Shown here piece by piece: positions 56,042 to 62,785 of a stretch of DNA of 64,000 bases (positions are counted from its first letter, which is position 1; each line of letters opens with the position of its first letter). Source of the DNA: a virus. Taxonomy: Duplodnaviria > Caudoviricetes. Position numbers and translations under genes: made by a program. The stretch lies in IMG/VR virus record IMGVR_UViG_3300028888_000002, one strand, 5' to 3'. The notes beneath the pieces are model-generated. The model ran no database searches and was not told the origin of the DNA. It saw only the letters and a program-made list of their open reading frames with translations.

Positions 56042-56338
56042 TTACCCCCTGTTGTTGTTTTCCTGGATTCTCTTAATGTAGTCCTGGTAGCTGTCAAGGA
56101 TTTTCTTTTCAATACTGTTCTTGACACGCTTGTTGTTGATATTGACGATTTCGGGTTCCCAATCGCCTCTAGGATAACCCACGGCAATCTTGCCGTCGTC
56201 CACGTCCAAAATTCGGAAATCCTTTAAGGTAAGGACCCCGTTAAACGTGACGATTACATTGACAAGCGTGTTGTTAATATGCCAATCGGGTTCAAACTTA
56301 ATGTTGGTGATTTTGAGTGCGGGATTTCTTTTAGCCAT
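56042..56338 (-). CDS. SpoVG-like nucleic-acid-binding protein
   Basis: LKITNIK...VTFNGVLTLKDFRIL...VGYP...EIVNIN...IEKKILDSY pattern. Confidence 0.7.
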   Translation of the reverse strand: MAKRNPALKITNIKFEPDWHINNTLVNVIVTFNGVLTLKDFRILDVDDGKIAVGYPRGDWEPEIVNINNKRVKNSIEKKILDSYQDYIKRIQENNNRG

Positions 56339-56377
56339 TGGACTATCCTCGGTTAAAGCGGTTGGTTGTCTAGTCCA

Positions 56378-56417
56378 AATATAACAAATTACCTGTCGGC
56401 TGTCAACAGGTAATTTG
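56378..56417 (-). promoter_or_regulatory. class 1 promoter with perfect 11-bp inverted repeat
   Basis: TTGACA 56406-56401, TATATT 56383-56378; CAAATTACCTG/CAGGTAATTTG. Confidence 0.9.
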
Positions 56418-56427
56418 ATAATTTTTA

Positions 56428-56703
56428 TTATTTTTGTTCCTGGATAATTTTTGAAATTTCCGAAAGGCTTCTAGGTTTCGGGAGTTCGCAAATCTGCTGC
56501 ACCGTCTTCGGGGACAACGCCTTTGCGAAGCCCTTGATATGGAACGTGAAGTCGGGGGACATATAGATTGTGCCTTCTTTTGTGTTTCCACGGATTACGG
56601 ACAGCCCTAGAATGCCGTTACTGTCCGTGACGTAATCAAAGGCGTGTTCGTCAACGTCTAGTTCGTAGATTACTGTGCCGTGGCTCTTGATTTGCAGAAA
56701 CAT
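56428..56703 (-). CDS. hypothetical protein
   Basis: GAGG RBS. Confidence 0.65.
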   Translation of the reverse strand: MFLQIKSHGTVIYELDVDEHAFDYVTDSNGILGLSVIRGNTKEGTIYMSPDFTFHIKGFAKALSPKTVQQICELPKPRSLSEISKIIQEQK

Positions 56704-56704
56704 A

Positions 56705-57178
56705 CTAGAAATCCCCCTCGGCAACTTGCAGGCACTTGAAGCCCAATTCCCTCCATCTATTAACCATAGAATTTCTGTCTTCCAGGATAAACGCCACCTT
56801 GTAATCGGGGTTGCGTTGCAGGTATTCGTTAAGCAGTTCGGGCTTAACTTCGGTGTCGTGACGCTTGTCACCGTCGTCACGGTAAAGGATAGGCAGACCC
56901 ATAACACCGCCACGGTTGTAGCGGAAATTCGGCATATTGTCACGGAGCCATTGACGAGTAGCGTCATTGGTGCTTCTGCGACGACCCGTGCAGAAAATGA
57001 TACCGTAAGAGTCCGAGAGTGCTTCTACAAGCCTTACCATTTCGGTAATGGGCTTGTCCTGCCCGCAGGCTGCGTAGAAGCCGTCCCAATCTTTCGGCTC
57101 TTTGGAAAGATACTTCGCTGCACGTTCCGAAGCGTCGGTAATCGTGCCGTCAATGTCAACTACTACAATACTTCTCAT
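56705..57178 (-). CDS. HAD-family phosphatase (PseT/polynucleotide 3'-phosphatase-like)
   Basis: VVDIDGT, FCTGR, RDDGDKRHDTEVK, LEDRNSMVNRWRELG...QVAEGDF. Confidence 0.85.
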   Translation of the reverse strand: MRSIVVVDIDGTITDASERAAKYLSKEPKDWDGFYAACGQDKPITEMVRLVEALSDSYGIIFCTGRRRSTNDATRQWLRDNMPNFRYNRGGVMGLPILYRDDGDKRHDTEVKPELLNEYLQRNPDYKVAFILEDRNSMVNRWRELGFKCLQVAEGDF

Positions 57179-57180
57179 AG

Positions 57181-57492
57181 TTATTCCTTTTTGGATTGAT
57201 TGGTTAATTGTTCCATAGCTTCTTCAAGGGACAGGAACGGTCCGAACTCAAGGTTCAAATCCTTGCAGTGCTGCTCCGTTGCGTCGTGAAGCGATTTTAC
57301 CAGGTTGTTGCATTGGTCCCTGTTGTGAGCCTGCACAATGAACCTGTCAACGCATATAGACGATACAACGCTGATTTTTGGAGCCAGGGCGTTCTTTATG
57401 AACGTCCACATCCATTTGAGCAGCGGACGGTTCGCAGCCATAACCATAAAGGTCAATTCGGATTCGTCCGTAATAATGTTGAAGCCCCGCAT
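57181..57492 (-). CDS. hypothetical protein
   Basis: Tiled ORF. Confidence 0.65.
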   Translation of the reverse strand: MRGFNIITDESELTFMVMAANRPLLKWMWTFIKNALAPKISVVSSICVDRFIVQAHNRDQCNNLVKSLHDATEQHCKDLNLEFGPFLSLEEAMEQLTNQSKKE

Positions 57493-57493
57493 A

Positions 57494-57805
57494 CTATCCC
57501 CGCTTCCAATAGTTCTTCTTGAATTTGGAAAGTTTGGCTTTGGCGTTCTTGTGGGCGACGGCTGCTTCCTGGTCCAAACCCTGCAAGGCAAGTTCAAAGG
57601 CTTCACGGGTGGTTTCATACAGGTTGCAGGTGCCTTCAAGCCAAACAAGTTCCTGGTTGAACTTGATACGGTAATTTCGTATGCAGTAGTGTTCGGGGTT
57701 GCGACGGTGCAACTTAATAAGGATTTTCACAACACGGTCGTGGAAGACGGTCACGGCTTCTTCTACTTCTGCGTAGCGGTCAAGGGTAAGAATGGGTTTA
57801 ATCAT
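57494..57805 (-). CDS. hypothetical protein
   Basis: AAGGA RBS. Confidence 0.7.
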   Translation of the reverse strand: MIKPILTLDRYAEVEEAVTVFHDRVVKILIKLHRRNPEHYCIRNYRIKFNQELVWLEGTCNLYETTREAFELALQGLDQEAAVAHKNAKAKLSKFKKNYWKRG

Positions 57806-57984
57806 AGGTCAAGTTCCTTTACTTGTTTACCCGCTTGTGCGGGTGGTGTTTTGGTGCGGACAGGTGCTTGTGGGTGCGTTCCATATCTTCAACGAAAGCC
57901 CGTGCCTGCTGCGGAGTAGCAGCCGTAGTGTCTTCCAGGTCAATATGGCTCAATCGCATTTCCAGGCGGTTGTAGAAGCGTCTT

Positions 57985-58527
57985 TCACTCTTTGTGTGCG
58001 ACATTACCCTTCCCCTTGAAAATGTCCCCAAAGGGGCACTTCTGTGGCTTGCCGATAAGCAGGCGTAGGTCCTGCTTCCACGAATCGTCAATATCGGGGT
58101 TCCTGGCACCCGCCAGGGACGGTGGGACCTGCATATCCACCGACGCAGTGTATCTAGCCCGTTCGTAGGTTAGATATTCGTCCGTGGCTGCAAACAGTTC
58201 GTTCGCTTTCGTGAGCAGGTCCTTTTCATTAAAGAACGTCGCTATGAAAGAAGTCCCGCAGACCCCCGAAATAGACTGACAGCCGAACGGGTGGTCGTCC
58301 ATATACTTACGCATCCAGGCGAGCGTTACGGAGTTCCTGCATACGGCATTGAAAGACAGATGCGGTGTGTCCAGGATAATTGCAAATTCAACGGGGTCTT
58401 CCCCCATAGTTGCGTAATGCGTGATTACCGCAGCCAACGTCAATTCTTCGGGCGAAAGCGAACCCTTGCAGGCGTTGTTAATCTTGTCTTTGACTTCCTG
58501 CGGTAAATTCGGAGTGCGTTCGGGCAT
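57985..58527 (-). CDS. hypothetical protein
   Basis: GAGG RBS. Confidence 0.7.
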   Translation of the reverse strand: MPERTPNLPQEVKDKINNACKGSLSPEELTLAAVITHYATMGEDPVEFAIILDTPHLSFNAVCRNSVTLAWMRKYMDDHPFGCQSISGVCGTSFIATFFNEKDLLTKANELFAATDEYLTYERARYTASVDMQVPPSLAGARNPDIDDSWKQDLRLLIGKPQKCPFGDIFKGKGNVAHKE

Positions 58528-58749
58528 ACAACCTCACTTCGGGCTTGTAGGTCTTTTTAAGGACCTGGTTCTTTGCGTATTTCTTGTCAAAATCAATAAT
58601 TGCGGTTTCCACTTCGGTCGTGACATAAACACGTCCGTCGGGCAGACGGAAATAGTAAGGCTTCGGACGCATTACCAAATCCCGTAATGCCCCTGGGGGC
58701 AGCATTTCCAGGAAATGTCGGCAGATAGGGCAACCCATACGGAACCCCC

Positions 58750-59121
58750 TTACTGCCAATCTTCACAGTAACGCTTGCGGAGCGTTCCCAGGGTTTCTTT
58801 AAGGGGCTTCACGGAAATGTCACGTTCGGCACGAAGACCAAACTGCCCACGGGCTGCGAAAACGTCCTTGAGCGAAATGGAGCCTAGTTCAAGCCCATAG
58901 CCCAGGGTTGCTGCCCCGAATACGGTCATATCTTCGGAAGTCTGCGTCTTCGCTTCGTCGGCAAAGAAGCCGTCGTCTTCAAGCACATACCAGGTGCAGG
59001 CTGTTCCAGGGAGGAAGTAGCGGGCGATAACCTTCTTTTCGTCCCTGGGGGTGCCGTCCGTGGAAGCATACGGAGTCTTCTTGAGAGCAGCGATAATCGG
59101 ATTGGTAAGCATTTTTTGCAT
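58750..59121 (-). CDS. DUF2958-family protein
   Basis: VIARYFLPGTACTWYVLE...FG...LGYGLELGSISL...ERD. Confidence 0.8.
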   Translation of the reverse strand: MQKMLTNPIIAALKKTPYASTDGTPRDEKKVIARYFLPGTACTWYVLEDDGFFADEAKTQTSEDMTVFGAATLGYGLELGSISLKDVFAARGQFGLRAERDISVKPLKETLGTLRKRYCEDWQ

Positions 59122-59157
59122 AGGATATATCCTCGGTTTGTGGTTTCTTATGCCATA

Positions 59158-59186
59158 AATATAACTAATTACCCAACGTCTGTCAA
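59158..59186 (-). promoter_or_regulatory. class 1 promoter
   Basis: TTGACA-17-TATATT; TAATTACC/GGTAATTA inverted repeat. Confidence 0.9.
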
Positions 59187-59207
59187 TAGGTAATTACAAA
59201 ATTTTTA

Positions 59208-59414
59208 TTAAAAGTTGAAACCGTATTTCGCAACGTCTTCAAGGTATCTGTTCCAACCGTCTGTGAAACGCCAATTACGGTGCTGTTCCTTTGCCAACTG
59301 TGCGAAGTAGCAACTAGCCCAGGATATTTTCAGCCCTAGCGATTCGGCTACGTTCCTCAAGCGGATTTCCCACCAAATGTGGGTGCTGAATGTCTTGTCA
59401 AACCAGGTCTTCAT
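59208..59414 (-). CDS. hypothetical protein
   Basis: ATGA overlap. Confidence 0.65.
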   Translation of the reverse strand: MKTWFDKTFSTHIWWEIRLRNVAESLGLKISWASCYFAQLAKEQHRNWRFTDGWNRYLEDVAKYGFNF

Positions 59415-59599
59415 ACAATGCCCTTTTGGTTCATAACCCCGATATAGTCAACAATGATAGGTTCGTCGCCCGTCGGAACATACGCAGGACCGCCACAATC
59501 GGGTCTAGTCGGTTGCGTAGCCGTATAGACCGTTATGTTCTGTTCCTTTACAATCTTTCGCAGTGCTTCCCAGGTTTCGTTCAATTTTTCTTTTGCCAT
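59411..59599 (-). CDS. ~62-aa protein with SF4 (DnaB/gp41) helicase-like motifs in permuted order
   Basis: LRKIVKEQNITVYTATQPTR followed by IIVDYIG. Confidence 0.55.
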   Translation of the reverse strand: MAKEKLNETWEALRKIVKEQNITVYTATQPTRPDCGGPAYVPTGDEPIIVDYIGVMNQKGIV

Positions 59600-59604
59600 A
59601 AAAA

Positions 59605-59880
59605 TCATTCTACAAATCCTTCTATTATGTGCAATTCGCCATATTGTCGGGCTGCTTTTAAGCACTTGAGCCGTGCCCGTTGCATCCGAAGGCACATATC
59701 ATACAGTTCCATCCTGGATGCAGGATGTTTGAACAAGTATCGCTTAAAGTCAAAATACTTGCATAACGTGGCACGGGAAATCCATAGGGCAAATACAATC
59801 TTTTCAACGTCCTTTATTCCGCAGACGTGCGTCTTGCCCATAAATTCGTCCGAACGGTAAGTAGGTATAGGCAGCTTCAT
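59605..59880 (-). CDS. hypothetical protein (ALWISRA family)
   Basis: TAATG overlap. Confidence 0.65.
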   Translation of the reverse strand: MKLPIPTYRSDEFMGKTHVCGIKDVEKIVFALWISRATLCKYFDFKRYLFKHPASRMELYDMCLRMQRARLKCLKAARQYGELHIIEGFVE

Positions 59881-60335
59881 TAGAGAACCCCCTTGTCTTT
59901 GAGTTTGTCTTCGGTATTTCGGGCATTCCAATAGTTCGCAAGAGAGAGCAGAATGACTAATACCCCGAACGCTCCCGAAAGCATAGCGTCGCTGCGTTCG
60001 CCTTCCAGGATATGCCCCAATTCCTGCAAGAAATAGATACCGCCCCATATGATTGCCCACGCAACCCAAAACCGCTTTCTAAACTGAAAAAAGCTGTGTG
60101 CCTTGCTGCGGACTGCCACTTCGGGCGTAGCGTCAAGAATGTCGTTAATGCGGGCAGACATTTCTTCCTTGTTTTCAACAGTGAACACAAAACGTTTACG
60201 CTTTATGGCTGTAATTTCCTTGACATTCTTTTCCTGCATTAACTTGTGGAACTGCTCCGTGATATACTTGCGGTTGCTAGATACCTCGCAGCTATTCGTG
60301 TCTTCATAGACTTTCGTAAAGATTTTAATTCCCAT
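59880..60335 (-). CDS. membrane protein (2 C-terminal TM)
   Basis: Hydrophobic segments. Confidence 0.7.
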   Translation of the reverse strand: MGIKIFTKVYEDTNSCEVSSNRKYITEQFHKLMQEKNVKEITAIKRKRFVFTVENKEEMSARINDILDATPEVAVRSKAHSFFQFRKRFWVAWAIIWGGIYFLQELGHILEGERSDAMLSGAFGVLVILLSLANYWNARNTEDKLKDKGVL

Positions 60336-60346
60336 TGTAGCCCCTT

Positions 60347-60811
60347 TTAGATTTGGCAAGCGTTTACGATTTCCTTGACAATCGCTTCTTTGAGTTTGTC
60401 AGCCCCCCATACGGACTTCACGTTGAAAATGGCATCGTGGATTTGGGTCATAGCCTTTTCCACAGCGTCGGCTTCGGACTGCACGTAAATGTGGAGAAAT
60501 TCTTCGCCAATCATACCCAACCCAGGCGTGAGCGTCACAAGGTATTCGGAACCGCTCAACCACGAACCGTGATAAATACCACAGGGCGTTCCGTGGTGCT
60601 TTACCAGGTAGTTTGCGTTTAACATTTGAGCGTTGCTAAAGCAGTCCAGGTGTCGGAAATGCTTACGGATAATATGCACCAGGAACTTGTAGAATGCTTC
60701 CAGGTGCCCGTTATAGAACGTAAGGAAAAACTTGTCCTTACTCACTTCCCTGTATTTGAAAAGTTTTGCGTAGGTGGCGATTTCTTCGTCGTTCAAGGTT
60801 ATTTCTTCCAT
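60347..60811 (-). CDS. hypothetical protein
   Basis: GGAGG RBS. Confidence 0.7.
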   Translation of the reverse strand: MEEITLNDEEIATYAKLFKYREVSKDKFFLTFYNGHLEAFYKFLVHIIRKHFRHLDCFSNAQMLNANYLVKHHGTPCGIYHGSWLSGSEYLVTLTPGLGMIGEEFLHIYVQSEADAVEKAMTQIHDAIFNVKSVWGADKLKEAIVKEIVNACQI

Positions 60812-60813
60812 AC

Positions 60814-61158
60814 CTATGCCTCCCATTCTTCGTCACAGTCGTCGTAGGTGTATTCGTTTTCAACCATACACAGGCGGTTGTCTTCCTTTGGTTTAAGGCT
60901 GTTCATAATCATTTGGGCTGAAACGTCCGTGGAAGACTTTTTAGCGGGATGCTCTTGCGAAACTAATTCAGCACGGACAGAGCAATAGTCGCCCCCCATA
61001 CAAACGTCCAGGAACATTTCACAGTCAGTTTTTTCCCAACAGACAAAGTTGGGGAAAGCATCAGCTACAACTTCCTGGAACGTCTTGTTCGTCACGAACG
61101 TATCTGTGTAGTCTTGTTCAACTACGTGGTTCCGTTCTACCGTGAAATGAACCTGCAT
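60814..61158 (-). CDS. hypothetical acidic protein
   Basis: CCGAGGATA RBS after promoter. Confidence 0.75.
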   Translation of the reverse strand: MQVHFTVERNHVVEQDYTDTFVTNKTFQEVVADAFPNFVCWEKTDCEMFLDVCMGGDYCSVRAELVSQEHPAKKSSTDVSAQMIMNSLKPKEDNRLCMVENEYTYDDCDEEWEA

Positions 61159-61198
61159 TCCTATATCCTCGGTTACAGTGGTTGGTTGTTCTACCGTA

Positions 61199-61227
61199 AA
61201 TATAATAAATTACCTAATTACCGTCAA
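61199..61227 (-). promoter_or_regulatory. class 1 promoter
   Basis: TTGACG-17-TATATT; AAATTACCTA/TAGGTAATTT inverted repeat. Confidence 0.9.
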
Positions 61228-61460
61228 TAGGTAATTTTAAATTTTTTTGAAATAATTTTTCAAGCCTACTTTACAGACTTGCGGGGTGTTTCCGATAATC
61301 TGTATGTGTGGGGGCAATCCCGACCGCCCACAAGAGTCGGGGTCACTTTTTAAAGAATTTTATATGAAAAAGAACATTGATGCACTTGCAGCCGAATACG
61401 TCCTCCGCTTGATTTTCAAGGGCGAAAGAAACGCAGAACAGTTTAGAAAGAAAACCCAGG

Positions 61461-61742
61461 CTACGAAAGTGCGAGAGTAGGCGTTTCCTGCGGGAGCGTC
61501 GGGGTTTCAGCAGGAACCGTCGTCGCTTCCGTGTTTTCCTGGCTGTGCTTCTTCTTATAGAGCCAGGTGCTATACGACATACCGTGAATGCGTTTGAACT
61601 TGTCAAGCCATTTGCGTTGCCGTGTAATGGGCTTTTCTGTGGGAGGGTTAAGGACTATGCCATACCTGGCTAGGTCCTTTTCTGCGTGTTCGGCTATCCG
61701 CTGTTGGAGTAGCTTGTAGAAATTTACGGGTTCGTCTGCCAT
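61461..61742 (-). CDS. hypothetical protein
   Basis: AAGGA RBS; promoter-like site at 61775-61803. Confidence 0.65.
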   Translation of the reverse strand: MADEPVNFYKLLQQRIAEHAEKDLARYGIVLNPPTEKPITRQRKWLDKFKRIHGMSYSTWLYKKKHSQENTEATTVPAETPTLPQETPTLALS

Positions 61743-61836
61743 ATCGTGTTTTCCTTGTCGGGAGTTTATAATAAATATATAACAATTTACTATAATCTGC
61801 CAACAGGTAATCCACAAAATGCTGTCAAAAATGTAG

Positions 61837-61923
61837 CGGAGCGGGCAGGATTCGGACCTGCGGTGAGCAAGACCCACGGTTCTTTAGCAAAGAACTGCCA
61901 TAGACCAACTAGACGACCGCTCC
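61837..61923 (-). tRNA. tRNA-Ser(GCT)
   Basis: GGAGCGG/CCGCTCC acceptor, GTTCT-TTGCTAA-AGAAC anticodon arm, long variable arm. Confidence 0.9.
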
Positions 61924-61934
61924 AAAAATGTTAG

Positions 61935-62017
61935 TGCCGATTGCAGGATTCGGACCTACGAAGACTTGCGTCGGGTGATTTACAGTCACCTGCCTTTGAC
62001 CGCTAGGCTAAATCGGC
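61935..62017 (-). tRNA. tRNA-Tyr(GTA)
   Basis: GGTGA-CTGTAAA-TCACC anticodon arm, long variable arm. Confidence 0.9.
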
Positions 62018-62025
62018 ATTGTTAG

Positions 62026-62099
62026 CTCTACCGCCACGATTCGGACGTGGAACTTCCCGATTAACAGTCGGGCGTTCTACCAGGTTGAACTACGGCAGA
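62026..62099 (-). tRNA. tRNA-Asn(GTT)
   Basis: CCCGA-CTGTTAA-TCGGG anticodon arm. Confidence 0.9.
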
Positions 62100-62105
62100 A
62101 TAATT

Positions 62106-62180
62106 CGGGGAAAGTGTGGGAGTCGGACCCACCTCACACATACCGTGATATGTGCAGTTCACCACGACGCTAAAGTTCCC
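62106..62180 (-). pseudogene. degenerate tRNA-like element
   Basis: T-arm GTGGG-TCCGACT-CCCAC intact; acceptor and D stems weak; anticodon loop 6 or 8 nt. Confidence 0.6.
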
Positions 62181-62193
62181 AAAAATGTTTTCG

Positions 62194-62302
62194 TGGACAC
62201 CCTCCGATTTGAACGGAGCGTTCCGTAATACTTTCGCAGCGTCCTATCCTTTCTTTTGGCGTTTTGCGATACCTTACGGCAGGTCCCGTAGCCACGGTGC
62301 CC
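62194..62302 (-). ncRNA. 109-nt tRNA-like RNA with Ala identity (G3.U70, A73) and an extended stem in place of the anticodon arm
   Basis: GGGCACC/GGTGTCC-A acceptor; CTCCG-TTCAAAT-CGGAG T-arm; CCGTAA/TTACGG and TCGCA/TGCGA stems. Confidence 0.7.
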
Positions 62303-62313
62303 AAAATGTTTCG

Positions 62314-62386
62314 TGGAGCGTATCGGACTTGAACCGATGACCTCCCGCTTGCAGGGCGGGCGTTCTACCAACTGAACTAACGTCCC
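62314..62386 (-). tRNA. tRNA-Ala(TGC)
   Basis: CCCGC-CCTGCAA-GCGGG anticodon arm, G3.U70. Confidence 0.85.
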
Positions 62387-62390
62387 ATAG

Positions 62391-62463
62391 TAGTTCCATA
62401 GGGCTTTGAACCCTAGTCTTTAGGTTGAAAACCTAATGTCCTAGACCGCTAGACGATGGAACC
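62391..62463 (-). tRNA. tRNA-Glu(TTC)
   Basis: TTAGG-TTTTCAA-CCTAA anticodon arm. Confidence 0.9.
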
Positions 62464-62475
62464 ATAATTTGTTCG

Positions 62476-62550
62476 TGTGACGGGGTGGATTTGAACCACC
62501 GACACGAGGATTTTCAGTCCCCTGCTCTACCAGGCTGAAGCTACCGCCAC
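62476..62550 (-). tRNA. tRNA-Phe(GAA)
   Basis: GGGGA-CTGAAAA-TCCTC anticodon arm. Confidence 0.9.
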
Positions 62551-62559
62551 ATAAAGGCT

Positions 62560-62593
62560 AAACAAAAAACCACGTTGCTTGTCGCAGCGTGGC
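62560..62593 (-). terminator. attenuator terminator upstream of the tRNA operon
   Basis: GCCACGCTGC-GACAA-GCAACGTGGT followed by TTTTTGTTT. Confidence 0.85.
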
Positions 62594-62626
62594 TTCCTGT
62601 TTAACCCTTGAAAAACACTTGGAATA

Positions 62627-62713
62627 TCACCACGACTGCGAATACGCAAAATAGGCTTCGGCAAAACTAGCCTCGGCTTCAAAATAAAAGTTATTTGCGT
62701 AATTCTTGTTCAT
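62627..62713 (-). CDS. 28-aa leader peptide MNKNYANNFYFEAEASFAEAYFAYSQSW (putative tRNA-operon attenuator peptide)
   Basis: AGGA RBS; lies between promoter and terminator; composition matches downstream tRNAs; below the ORF track cut-off. Confidence 0.85.
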   Translation of the reverse strand: MNKNYANNFYFEAEASFAEAYFAYSQSW

Positions 62714-62736
62714 AGTGATTTTCCTATACGTCGCCT

Positions 62737-62765
62737 AATATAGATTATTCGGGAACCCGTGTCAA
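62737..62765 (-). promoter_or_regulatory. tRNA-operon promoter
   Basis: TTGACA (62765-62760)-17-TATATT (62742-62737), with class 2 AATAATCTATATT context. Confidence 0.9.
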
Positions 62766-62785
62766 GGGGTCGGTCAAAATTATTT

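Noticed and set aside
3590-61240. Dispersed repeats as a CRISPR array or integron attC sites
   Set aside because: Copies are kilobases apart, irregular and degenerate, and match -35/-10 promoter spacing; no cas or integrase gene is present.
61746-62371. ORF-track ORFs over the tRNA cluster
   Set aside because: They overlap clear tRNA cloverleafs.
62560-62730. T-box riboswitch as the tRNA-operon regulator
   Set aside because: No stem I/specifier loop or full UGGNACC antiterminator bulge; a translated leader ORF with matched codons explains the region better.
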